Shown here: positions 42,121 through 50,967 of the stretch, piece after piece
Layout of the letters: each line of letters opens with the position of its first letter
Numbering within the stretch: position 1 is the stretch's first letter
Assembly (NCBI GenBank): GCA_963824495.1
Contig: CAWGPQ010000006.1
Coordinates: 107,438 to 171,437 of the forward strand
Reading direction: 5' to 3'
Source of the DNA: an uncultured bacterium
GTDB taxonomy: Bacteria; Babelota; Babeliae; Babelales; Babelaceae
DNA length: 64,000 bases
Translations under genes and position numbers: made by a program
The notes under the pieces: generated by a model
The model's input: the letters and a program-made list of their open reading frames with translations, nothing else
The model's database searches: none
Told to the model about the DNA's origin: nothing

Positions 42121-43641
42121 TGGTACCGTTTCAAGGGGTAAAGCGAAGACATCTTCGAGGGTCTTTAATGTGCGATCGATGCGGCTTTTAGTAGCGGCTT
42201 GTTCAGTAAGTAATCGTGTAAGCTCAAGTTCTCTTTGAGCCTTTTCTGCTTCGTCTCTTGTTTTTGCCTCTTGAGCTTTTCTAAGGGCTTCTTGAGCAAG
42301 ACGATCTCGTTCAGCTTGGTTTGTAGCAGCTAGGGCTTTTAAGATCAAGTCGTACTCAGCTCGAAGGACAGGATTACTCAGTATTTGGTGAATTTCCGAT
42401 ATGTCTTCCCATGTTGCAAGTGATTCTGGTTCTCGTGTAACGGTTGGGGAATATATACGAGCTAATCGTCTAAATGCTATGTCAATTTGTGACGAAGAAG
42501 CTGTGGGTGAAACACCTAATTCTTCGTAATAGTTTTGAACACCAAGAAGCCTTTGTGCACTTTGCACGCGCTTGAGCAATCGATCAAACAGTGCCTTATT
42601 GTCACCCAAAATATCGCTGTGTTTAACAAGGGCGTATTGTATAGCATCAGTAATTTCTTGCGCTGCTTTTTTGGTAGGGAGTGGTACCGGTGCACCAGGC
42701 CCCTGAGCTTGAATGAGTCGAGCTATAGTAGCCGTAAGCTCAGCAAGTTGATTTTCTAATCGAGTAATATTTGCTATGAGTTCAGGTTGCGTACTTGGTG
42801 GTGCAACAACGATTGTTTCTGGTGTTGGTATAATTGGTGGGGCTAGTGGTAGTATTATCGGCGGTGTTGGTACAGGTGGTGCGGGTGGTATTGGTAGTGG
42901 TACTAGCACTTGAGCCCTACGTAATTCGGCAAGAGCAGCCTCAAGTTCTGAAGTACGTCGGTTAAGCTCCGTGACATCTTCCCTACGTGCAAGTTCAGCT
43001 TCAAGATCTGAAATACGTTGTTCAAGCTGTTTAATATCTGGTGTACGGGCAACGGTAGCTTCAAGAGCTGCAATACGTTGTTCAAGTTGCGCAATAGCGT
43101 GCGTGGGTGGTACTCCAGGCAGCGTCGGTACAGGCGGTGCAGGCGGTGGGGGTGGAGGCGGTGGCGGTGGCGGTGGCGGAGGTGGGGGTAATGGCGGTGC
43201 AGGTGGAGGAGGTGGAGGCAATGGCGGTGCAGGTGGTAAAGGCGGCACAGGTGGAGGAGGTGGAGGTAATGGCGGTGCAGGTGGTAAAGGCGGCACAGGT
43301 GGGGGAGGTGGTGCAGGAGGTCGGCTTAATGCTTCAATTTGCTGACGCACAGCGTCTATAGTAAGCCCAGCCTGACGTAATAGATTGTCAGCGCGTGCTC
43401 TCTCTGGTGCACTTAAGGTGTCATAATAATTAACGAGTCCGCGGAGCATGCCAACATTGCCAGCATACTGTGCTTTAGTATGTGTTGCCAATAAGTTACA
43501 AAAGAGAAACAATTCATTGGAAGATTGGCCCCATTTGCCACATTGGCGCACTATATCTTGATAGAGATTATCCTGCGCGTAGTGTAAAAAAGTAAACGTA
43601 AGAACAAAAAGTGTAAGCATGTATCGCATAAGTGATTTCAT
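40873..43641 (-). CDS. Secreted polyproline / coiled-coil / J-domain-like protein with duplicated C-terminal module
   Basis: Signal peptide, ~65-aa polyproline tract, heptads, and NYYEELGVSPTASSSQIDIAFRRLARIYSPT...ILSNPVLRAEYD (J-domain pattern). Confidence 0.85.
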   Translation of the reverse strand: MKSLMRYMLTLFVLTFTFLHYAQDNLYQDIVRQCGKWGQSSNELFLFCNLLATHTKAQYAGNVGMLRGLVNYYDTLSAPERARADNLLRQAGLTIDAVRQQIEALSRPPAPPPPPVPPLPPAPPLPPPPPPVPPLPPAPPLPPPPPPAPPLPPPPPPPPPPPPPPPPAPPVPTLPGVPPTHAIAQLEQRIAALEATVARTPDIKQLEQRISDLEAELARREDVTELNRRTSELEAALAELRRAQVLVPLPIPPAPPVPTPPIILPLAPPIIPTPETIVVAPPSTQPELIANITRLENQLAELTATIARLIQAQGPGAPVPLPTKKAAQEITDAIQYALVKHSDILGDNKALFDRLLKRVQSAQRLLGVQNYYEELGVSPTASSSQIDIAFRRLARIYSPTVTREPESLATWEDISEIHQILSNPVLRAEYDLILKALAATNQAERDRLAQEALRKAQEAKTRDEAEKAQRELELTRLLTEQAATKSRIDRTLKTLEDVFALPLETVPPEEVIPPSKIEPILKQEEQIGSRLLAAPSQNEFNKKAIHFLSESNTLLSVPYNDENKALAEHLADRFNLFLSLYPTYAKNFPFINDARSILEDLEYKYRLPVTPVSPVPPVPPEVPPVPKTAAELKQEVLELLAKYADIRDNKEYEQLSDEKYYELKNGINAELCTAFNDYSRATGGKIAEEIIPVQALCISIPSEVRPAPPITPPEAPIILPEEVIPPSKIEPILKQEEQIGSRLLAAPSQNDFDKKARHFLSEVNTLLSMPYNDENKALAEHLADRFNLFLGLYPNYAKNFSFINDAQRILEDLEYKYRLPVTPVPPIVPPIPPVPPVPLEVPPTPKTTAELKQEVLELLANYEDIRDNKEYEQLSNEKYYELKNGVNADLCTTFNDYSRAAGGKIEEEVIPVQALCKDIKGT

Positions 43642-43768
43642 AAAGTTCCTTCCATTAAATGATCCTTAAGCTATTTATTTTAAAGTATAATATATTGCAA
43701 CTGCTATTTGCAATAAACAATTAAAATATAGTTAAAAATACTCGGATTATAGTGAGTATTGATGCTTA

Positions 43769-44782
43769 CTAGGTAATTGTGGTTAATTCTTGATGAAGAT
43801 GAAATTCATGAGCACTTGTAATAAGAGACAGGAGATCTGAGTAACGAGGAGCCCATTCAAGATATTTATAAGCCTGGGTATAGTTGGCTACCAGTACAGG
43901 AGCATCGCCAGGGCGGCGTGGGGCATGCCGAACTTGAAGAGTAGTCTGCGTAACCTGCTCTATCATAGCTACAACATCGAGCACAGAAAAACCTGTGCCT
44001 GTGCCTATATTAAAAGCTCGTTGTATAGGTTTGATAGGTTTACTATGTGGTTTATTTTTAAGGTATTCTAGGGCACGCCAATGAGCATCAGCTACATCTC
44101 TCACGTGAATGTAATCTCGAATACAGCTACCATCGGGGGTAGCGTAATCGATGCCAAAGATGGTAAAGGGACGGGCAGTATAAGCTGCTTCGAGTGCTCG
44201 AGGAATAAGATGACGTTCAGGAACATGTCGTTCGCCTAAATAATAGTCTGGTAATGCTCCTGCTGCGTTAAAGTAACGGAGTGCAATATAATCAAGATCA
44301 TAAGCATGAGCATAATCGTGTAAAATCATCTCTATAATGAGTTTAGTTCTACCGTAGGGGCTTAACGGCTGTTGCGGGTGATGCTCAGTAAGTGGCAGTG
44401 TTTGCGGTATGCCATACAGAGCACAACTTGAAGAGAAGATGCACCGTTTTACTCCATAGGCAATCATCATATCAAGCAATTGAATTGTTTTGACAACGTT
44501 TGTGTTATAGTAGTTTTTTGGGTTGCTGATTGATTCGCTCACGTCTATTACTGCTGCACAATGAATCACGGTTTCAATACTAGTATGGGAAAAAAGCTGT
44601 GCAAGAACTGTAGTATCAGCATAATCGCTCTGGATATAGATACTCGAAGTATGAGCAAGAAGAGCTTGTATATACCAAGGGCAGGAAACTTGGTCAATAA
44701 TTGCCAGGGAATATCCCTTGGTGAGAAGCAGTTGTGCTATATGCGAGCCTATATAGCCGGCCCCGCCCGTAATGACAATCAT
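43769..44782 (-). CDS. galE: UDP-glucose 4-epimerase
   Basis: GGAGYIGSH, FSSSCALYG, PYGRTK, LRYFNAAG and DGSCIRDYIHV motifs. Confidence 0.95.
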   Translation of the reverse strand: MIVITGGAGYIGSHIAQLLLTKGYSLAIIDQVSCPWYIQALLAHTSSIYIQSDYADTTVLAQLFSHTSIETVIHCAAVIDVSESISNPKNYYNTNVVKTIQLLDMMIAYGVKRCIFSSSCALYGIPQTLPLTEHHPQQPLSPYGRTKLIIEMILHDYAHAYDLDYIALRYFNAAGALPDYYLGERHVPERHLIPRALEAAYTARPFTIFGIDYATPDGSCIRDYIHVRDVADAHWRALEYLKNKPHSKPIKPIQRAFNIGTGTGFSVLDVVAMIEQVTQTTLQVRHAPRRPGDAPVLVANYTQAYKYLEWAPRYSDLLSLITSAHEFHLHQELTTIT

Positions 44783-44801
44783 ATACTAAAAAAGCTGAGG
44801 C

Positions 44802-46316
44802 TTAGAACGAAACAGCAAGCTTGCCCCATGCTAGCCAGCGGCGTAGCGTCGTATTAATAAACGAGAACTCATATGAACCACCAAGGCCTAAAATAATAAT
44901 CGAGCAACCGGTATTGAGATGAGCTCCAATGGTTATATACAGTATATTGGATAGCACCGCTGGGTGAGCAGCGCTATCAAGTAAAAGCTCACTTTTGCTA
45001 ATAAAACGAAACTCAGAGAGGGGGAGTGCTGAGCCAGGAAAATTTTCTTGAATAGTGCGCGCTCTATTGGTTTTACCCATACCGGTTATATCTTTAATAG
45101 CAGGTTTTCGTTCCCACATAAGCTCTACTTTTTCTGCTTGACGGGCAAAAAAGTTCCAGCCTGCTTCAACAAGAAAGCGGTCGTAAGAATAGAGAAAGCC
45201 ACTATTAAAATCTGTTTGAAAGCGTGGTCTGACCGTTACGCATTGGGTAAAAACATTAATACCGGAGGTGCCGCTATTGGGGTTTTGAGTTGCAGCAGCT
45301 TCTTCTGCCTGCGCTTTATTTCTGTAGAGTTCTTGATACCGGCTCCATTGCTTGTTCCGAACATCAAATGAGCGCACTTGATGGTTTGGCAAAAGATACA
45401 TGCTATTGTTTGCTAATTCTAGACCTATGCGATGACCATTATAGCACCAAAGTTCAAAACCCATATAGGTGCCATAGAGAAATCCAAAATGATGGTTGTG
45501 TCCTACTATTGGTTCAAAGACGAATTTTCCCTGAGGCTTGTTACCCGTTGGTATTAAGAATCCTGCAAATGAACTCATATAAGCAGTCTCACTGTCACAA
45601 ATATATGTTGTGCGTCCAACTTTAAATTCTATATCAGCGATACCGCGTTTTCTCAGGGTACGTGTTGTAATATGACCAAATTGCCAGTTTGGTTGATTAA
45701 ATGCTTCAATCATAGAACCAACACGCGGACTATTATCGAGCCCCAGTTCGTTAACAGGTCCTCCACCATTATCGATAATATTTTCTGTTAACCCCATGGT
45801 ATTTTCTACTTGGACAAAAGGACCTGATAGTTCAATCCACCAATTGCAGGTTAAAAGCTGCTTGTAAGTTATACCAAAGCCAATAACCCGTTGTCGTGGT
45901 TCAAAGCAAACTCTGCTCTTAAACGTGTTGCGCTTAGTTTTAATATTAAAATTACGGGCGACAAGATCTCGATACATAATGTCCATTGCGGCATCTTCTG
46001 CTGCAAGCAAACAATTTTTATCGAATGGCAAGAAATAGCGTGCAAGATCTTCCGGTTCCGTCGATTCTCCACCAAATGGTACTATTTGCAAGCCAGTACG
46101 CCTATCTTCAAAAGGACATAGAATAAGATCGTTACGAAAGAAGGTCTCTTTTTCAGGCATAACCGATTGGAATGGTGGCCTGACAGTAAAGGACGTATGA
46201 CTCTGAGCATTGTTGGCGCACAGTGGGACGATAACACACGCTCCATATATTAAAATAGCTTTTGTTGCGATCCTCGCCATCTTCATGGGGGCTCCTTGCT
46301 GTTCGTGGCTGTTCAT
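44802..46316 (-). CDS. Probable outer-membrane beta-barrel protein
   Basis: Signal peptide, amphipathic beta-strand-like segments and a terminal aromatic WLAWGKLAVSF (BAM-signal-like). Confidence 0.55.
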   Translation of the reverse strand: MNSHEQQGAPMKMARIATKAILIYGACVIVPLCANNAQSHTSFTVRPPFQSVMPEKETFFRNDLILCPFEDRRTGLQIVPFGGESTEPEDLARYFLPFDKNCLLAAEDAAMDIMYRDLVARNFNIKTKRNTFKSRVCFEPRQRVIGFGITYKQLLTCNWWIELSGPFVQVENTMGLTENIIDNGGGPVNELGLDNSPRVGSMIEAFNQPNWQFGHITTRTLRKRGIADIEFKVGRTTYICDSETAYMSSFAGFLIPTGNKPQGKFVFEPIVGHNHHFGFLYGTYMGFELWCYNGHRIGLELANNSMYLLPNHQVRSFDVRNKQWSRYQELYRNKAQAEEAAATQNPNSGTSGINVFTQCVTVRPRFQTDFNSGFLYSYDRFLVEAGWNFFARQAEKVELMWERKPAIKDITGMGKTNRARTIQENFPGSALPLSEFRFISKSELLLDSAAHPAVLSNILYITIGAHLNTGCSIIILGLGGSYEFSFINTTLRRWLAWGKLAVSF

Positions 46317-46559
46317 ATGGTTATTTTGCGATGCTCTTCAGATATAGAGAAATTGCTAAGAAAATCAAGTCTGATACAAGTTTTAATAATAACGATGTGT
46401 GTTCTAGGACAAGAAAAGAAAATTTTGACTATAGCAGTGCTTTGCCTGATGACTTCTTGTTTATAAATTTAATTTTTTTATGTTATATTGTTGACAATTA
46501 ATAATAACAAAAAATATACTAATAACTATAGTATTATAATTTAAAATAGAGGCTAAAGT

Positions 46560-48428
46560 ATGAGTTATAGAAAATTATTGAGCACGATTTTCATGTCATT
46601 ATTTACAAGTGTTCTCGTGGTGACAACCATCGACCTTGTTGCACTTTCATTTTTATCACCATCACAACAAGCTTCACTCTATGAAAAATTTAAAGAACAG
46701 CAGCAAGAAAACTGGCGTCAAGAGGGTATAACTACCCCTTTAGATCAACAAGTACAGTTGGTTGATTTTGTAAGACATGGTCTTAGGCATCCTGAAGGTT
46801 ATTTAGAGTGGACACTTAATGCATATAATTATTTAAGGGAAATGCTTTCTGAAAATCCAGATACACCTAAAACTCCAGCTACATCGCTCAATACTATCGA
46901 TAAAGATTGGGTTAATAATGTTGGTTTTGATTTATGGAAAGCGCAACAGCAAGAGCTTTGGCGCAAGGAAGCTCTGGCTACCCCTCTGGAGAAGCAAAAA
47001 AGTTTGCTCGATACTATCAATAGGGATTTTTCTGTTATAGATAGTGTTTCAACTGAAGCTGCTTACGCTTACAATCTCTTGAGAGAAATGCATGGTGACA
47101 AGCCGACATTACCACCAACTGCTACGCATATAAGCGATAGTGATAAAAAATGGATTAAGTCTATTGAATCGGTTGCGCCATCGGTTGCGATTACCGCATC
47201 TACGACACCTAACGCAGCTATGGTTGGATATGAGCAATGGAAAAAACAAGAGCAAGAAGATTGGCATAAGCAAGGTATAGCTACACCCTTAGAGCAACAA
47301 ACGAAATTGCTCGATGCTATTCGTCGAGATTCAGATACCATTGACCACATTTCAACTCAAGCCGTTTATGCTTACAATCTCTTAAGAGAAGTGCTTGGTA
47401 GTGATCCAACGTTACCTGCACCTGCTATGTCCATAAACGATATTAATAAAGATTGGATGAGCAGACTTGACTACGAGATATGGAAAAACCAAAAGCAAGA
47501 ATATTGGCGTGAGAGGGGTATAGCTACCCCTTCAGAACAGCAAAAAAGCCTGATTATTACAATTAACAATGGTATTAAGGATCCTGAAAGTACCTATGCT
47601 TCAACTCAAGCCGTTCGTGCTTATAATTTCTTAAGAGAAATGCTTGCTTCTAGTGATCCGGCTACCCCTAAAACTGCTGCTACATCACTTGATACTATCG
47701 ATAAAGATTGGGTTAATAATATTAGCTACGATGTATGGAAAAAGGCAACGCAGGAAGACTGGAGTAAGGAGGGCATAACTACCCCTGCAGAACAGCAAGA
47801 AAGCTTGCTCTCTCTCATAGACTTTGGTCTTGAGTTGCCTGATCTTTATTCGACCGATGCTGTTAATTCATACAATTACTTAAGGGAAATGCTTGTTGAA
47901 GATGAGGCCACTCCTAAAGCTGCAGCTACATCATTAGAGGATATTGATGAAGATTGGGTTAATATTATTAGCTATGAGGTATGGAAAAAGACAACACAAG
48001 AAGACTGGAGTAAGGAGAGCATAACTACTCCTTCTGAACAGCAAAAAAGCTTGCTCGATACCATTAATGATGGCATTAAAGACCCCGATGAATACGAAAC
48101 CGAAGCCGTTAATGCCTACAATTATTTAAGGGAAATGCATAGTAATGATCCAAAGTTACCTCCAGCTTCTACTTCTATAAGCGATATTGATAAAACGTGG
48201 CTTGAATCTATTGAATCGAGTTTACGTGTGCAACCTAAAGCCAGGATCAGCATAAGGCTTTACGCACTAGCACTTAAGAATGCATTGTCAACTAATGTTG
48301 AAAAGCGTGATCAACTTATAGCTCTGTATAACCAGCTGCCCACAGCTACGGCTACGCAGCGAAAGACAAAAGAGAAGGCGAGAGAAAAATTTAGAGAAAA
48401 GTTTGGTATTGATCCTCAAGTAGAATAG
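46560..48428 (+). CDS. Secreted protein with six ~80-aa tandem repeats
   Basis: Six copies of (Y/F)..WK..Q(E)..W..E.I.TP.EQQ..L.D.I...A..AYN.LREM...P..P..A.S...IDK.W. Confidence 0.85.
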   Translation: MSYRKLLSTIFMSLFTSVLVVTTIDLVALSFLSPSQQASLYEKFKEQQQENWRQEGITTPLDQQVQLVDFVRHGLRHPEGYLEWTLNAYNYLREMLSENPDTPKTPATSLNTIDKDWVNNVGFDLWKAQQQELWRKEALATPLEKQKSLLDTINRDFSVIDSVSTEAAYAYNLLREMHGDKPTLPPTATHISDSDKKWIKSIESVAPSVAITASTTPNAAMVGYEQWKKQEQEDWHKQGIATPLEQQTKLLDAIRRDSDTIDHISTQAVYAYNLLREVLGSDPTLPAPAMSINDINKDWMSRLDYEIWKNQKQEYWRERGIATPSEQQKSLIITINNGIKDPESTYASTQAVRAYNFLREMLASSDPATPKTAATSLDTIDKDWVNNISYDVWKKATQEDWSKEGITTPAEQQESLLSLIDFGLELPDLYSTDAVNSYNYLREMLVEDEATPKAAATSLEDIDEDWVNIISYEVWKKTTQEDWSKESITTPSEQQKSLLDTINDGIKDPDEYETEAVNAYNYLREMHSNDPKLPPASTSISDIDKTWLESIESSLRVQPKARISIRLYALALKNALSTNVEKRDQLIALYNQLPTATATQRKTKEKAREKFREKFGIDPQVE

Positions 48429-48555
48429 CTTGTGAGATGCGCGTTATTACGATAAAAAAAGCTTTCTTGCTTGTAGAAATTTTGGCTTCTGCTATAATTT
48501 TAATAAGTTAATTTGTGCTCGTCTGTTTTAAAACTTCAAGCTATCGAATACTTCT

Positions 48556-49842
48556 ATGGCTATGCGTGTCAAAGGTACACAGGATTTTCTTGATCTTACG
48601 CTCTTCAATTTTTTAATCGATCAGGCAAAAAAGCATCTCGCTACCTATAGCTTTACTGAGATTATGACGCCTGTTATCGAGCCCCTTGAGCTTTTCAGGC
48701 GTTCACTCGGTCTACAGACTGACGTTATTACCAAAGAGATGTATCTTGTTACTACGGGTAAAGAGAGCCCTGAAGATACTGAACGTCTGTGCTTACGTCC
48801 TGAATTTACCGCACCCGTTGTACGTGCTTTTATTGATAACGGAGTTGATGTGCTTCCTTGGAAAGTATTTACGCATGGCCCGTTATTTCGCCATGAGCGG
48901 CCACAAAAGGGACGCTATCGTGAGTTTCATCAAATAAGCGTTGAGATTATTGGCTCACATGCTATTGCTCAGGATGCTTATTTAATTACGATGCTCGATC
49001 GCTTTTTTCAAGAAGTACTCAAGCTTGATACGTATGCTTTATTAATAAACTTTTTAGGCTGTCATGCTGATCAAGAAAACTTTAAGCTCGTGCTTGCTCG
49101 CTTTCTTGAAGAACACAAGGGAACCCTGTGTGATACTTGTATAGAGCGCAAAGAGAAAAATATTATGCGTGTTTTTGATTGCAAAAGTCCCGCCTGCCAA
49201 GTGCTCTTTGCTAACGCTCCGCGTACAGCTGATTATCTGTGTTCAGAATGTGCTCACGAATGGACACTATTACAACAGCTTTTGCAACAATTATCAGTGT
49301 CGTTTTCATATATGCCAACACTTGTGCGGGGCTTAGACTATTACACCAAAACGGTGTTTGAATTTGTTAGCGCAAGTTTAGGTGCTCAAAATACATTTTG
49401 TGGTGGTGGCCGCTATGATAAACTTGTGCGTGAAATTGGTGGCCAACAAGATCAGCCATCGGTTGGTGCTGCAATGGGCATTGAGCGTTTATTACTCATG
49501 CTTGGGCCCCTACAAGACCGGCTTGCTCTTGCCAAGCCTGTACCTCTTCACTGTATACTTCCCATTGAACCTGAGCAGCTTACGTATGCTTTATTATTAG
49601 CCGATGAATTACACGCTCAGAATGTGCATGTTACCCCTATGCTTGAAGGGGGCTCTCTTAAGAGCATGCTACGTCGGGCACATAAACTAGGCGCTGTTAC
49701 CTGCCTTATTATTGGCCAAGAAGAACAAGCTGAAGGGGTAGTTACCATAAAAAATATGGCATCAGGCCAAGAACATCGCGTAAAGCAACGAGAAGCTGCT
49801 GCCTACCTTAAAAATATCAGCTTACAACAAGAACACACATAA
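48556..49842 (+). CDS. hisS: Histidyl-tRNA synthetase
   Basis: RVKGTQD, LRPEFTA, FRHERPQKGRYREFHQ, LVRGLDYY and GGGRYD motifs. Confidence 0.98.
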   Translation: MAMRVKGTQDFLDLTLFNFLIDQAKKHLATYSFTEIMTPVIEPLELFRRSLGLQTDVITKEMYLVTTGKESPEDTERLCLRPEFTAPVVRAFIDNGVDVLPWKVFTHGPLFRHERPQKGRYREFHQISVEIIGSHAIAQDAYLITMLDRFFQEVLKLDTYALLINFLGCHADQENFKLVLARFLEEHKGTLCDTCIERKEKNIMRVFDCKSPACQVLFANAPRTADYLCSECAHEWTLLQQLLQQLSVSFSYMPTLVRGLDYYTKTVFEFVSASLGAQNTFCGGGRYDKLVREIGGQQDQPSVGAAMGIERLLLMLGPLQDRLALAKPVPLHCILPIEPEQLTYALLLADELHAQNVHVTPMLEGGSLKSMLRRAHKLGAVTCLIIGQEEQAEGVVTIKNMASGQEHRVKQREAAAYLKNISLQQEHT

Positions 49843-49846
49843 TAGT

Positions 49847-50953
49847 ATGTCAAATAGATCGCATAATGCATATGTAGTACTTGGGTTACTCACGTTAAGT
49901 CAAATTCCTTTAACACATTCTATGGAGGGTAATCGCTTTGCACAGCTTAACCCTTATGTTCTCGCTGGTATTGGTACCTCATGGATTGCCATAGCTGCTG
50001 GTGTCGTTAAGTATATAGATAGTGCTCGGGTGCTTGATGCTCAACAAGCAGCTCGTGAAAACGATGAAAAGTTATTAGTTGAGCTTTCATATACCCTTGC
50101 ACAGCTTAATAAAGACTACGCTGAAGTGCTTAAGCTCACAGATAGTTATAGTTATACAGAAGATATAATCGTAAAGATTATTGAAATTGCTACTAAATCT
50201 GTAACGATAGATACCTATAGAGAAAGTCTTCAAGAAGATCTTAAAAAGTTAATTAAAGCCCAAACGCAGATCAAGCTGATTATAGGTAATAATGAAACAC
50301 CTCATGAAGCAACTAGAGAGTACGCACAGCAGGTGCTTGTGTTGCTTGATAAGGTTATAGCAAGACTGTCCAGTCTTGACCAGGTTATTGCTCATGAAGC
50401 TAACTTTATGCAACTGTATTCTATGAACAGAAAGTATACGTGCATGTATACTGACGAGTTACGACTGTATGCTCTTTATGAAGATAGTGAGTCAGAAGAT
50501 TATCTGAAAGAGCTCATGAATAGTATTTTAGTTCGCACAGATCACGTAATGCGTGTTTATCCCGTTCTTGATTATATGGCAATGCTTATGTGTGATATGC
50601 AGGCTATTAACAAAGCAATAAGCTTATTGCGAACGCAGTCTTCGTATCAAACTAATCTTGCTCATCAAGAACTTGTGCATCGTGCTGAATATCTGGTAAA
50701 AGCGCTCCAGAAAGCTCATACGAGTATTGCTCTTACTGAGCAATTTGCTAGAGATCGTGTACAGAAAGAGCAATCGACATGCCAGCAAAAGCTTGCTGAT
50801 GCTGAGCAAAAAATTAAGATGTGCTCTGCAGAAAAGCAAGAACTAGAAGACCGAATCAAATTTCTGCGATCTGAAAACACTGCTCAATTTATAGAAAATA
50901 TGAAATTAAAATTAGATTATCAAGCAAGACCGGGGTATAGGTTTAAAGCTTAA
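49847..50953 (+). CDS. Membrane-anchored or secreted helical protein (paralog of the next gene)
   Basis: Shares NPYVL.GI, KYI, HEA.F.QLY, YLKELM, VYPVLDYMA and DRV.KEQS with 50968..52425. Confidence 0.75.
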   Translation: MSNRSHNAYVVLGLLTLSQIPLTHSMEGNRFAQLNPYVLAGIGTSWIAIAAGVVKYIDSARVLDAQQAARENDEKLLVELSYTLAQLNKDYAEVLKLTDSYSYTEDIIVKIIEIATKSVTIDTYRESLQEDLKKLIKAQTQIKLIIGNNETPHEATREYAQQVLVLLDKVIARLSSLDQVIAHEANFMQLYSMNRKYTCMYTDELRLYALYEDSESEDYLKELMNSILVRTDHVMRVYPVLDYMAMLMCDMQAINKAISLLRTQSSYQTNLAHQELVHRAEYLVKALQKAHTSIALTEQFARDRVQKEQSTCQQKLADAEQKIKMCSAEKQELEDRIKFLRSENTAQFIENMKLKLDYQARPGYRFKA

Positions 50954-50967
50954 AATATCAAGAAGGA

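Noticed and set aside
42971..43361. Gly-rich and Val/Ala-rich plus-strand ORFs (PE-PGRS- or collagen-like look)
   Set aside because: Antisense shadows of the polyproline tract in 40873..43641.
39143..48200. CRISPR array or diversity-generating retroelement behind the repeats
   Set aside because: The repeats are long, in-frame and coding, with no repeat-spacer pattern. There is no cas or reverse transcriptase gene in the window, and I saw no obvious adenine-only variation.
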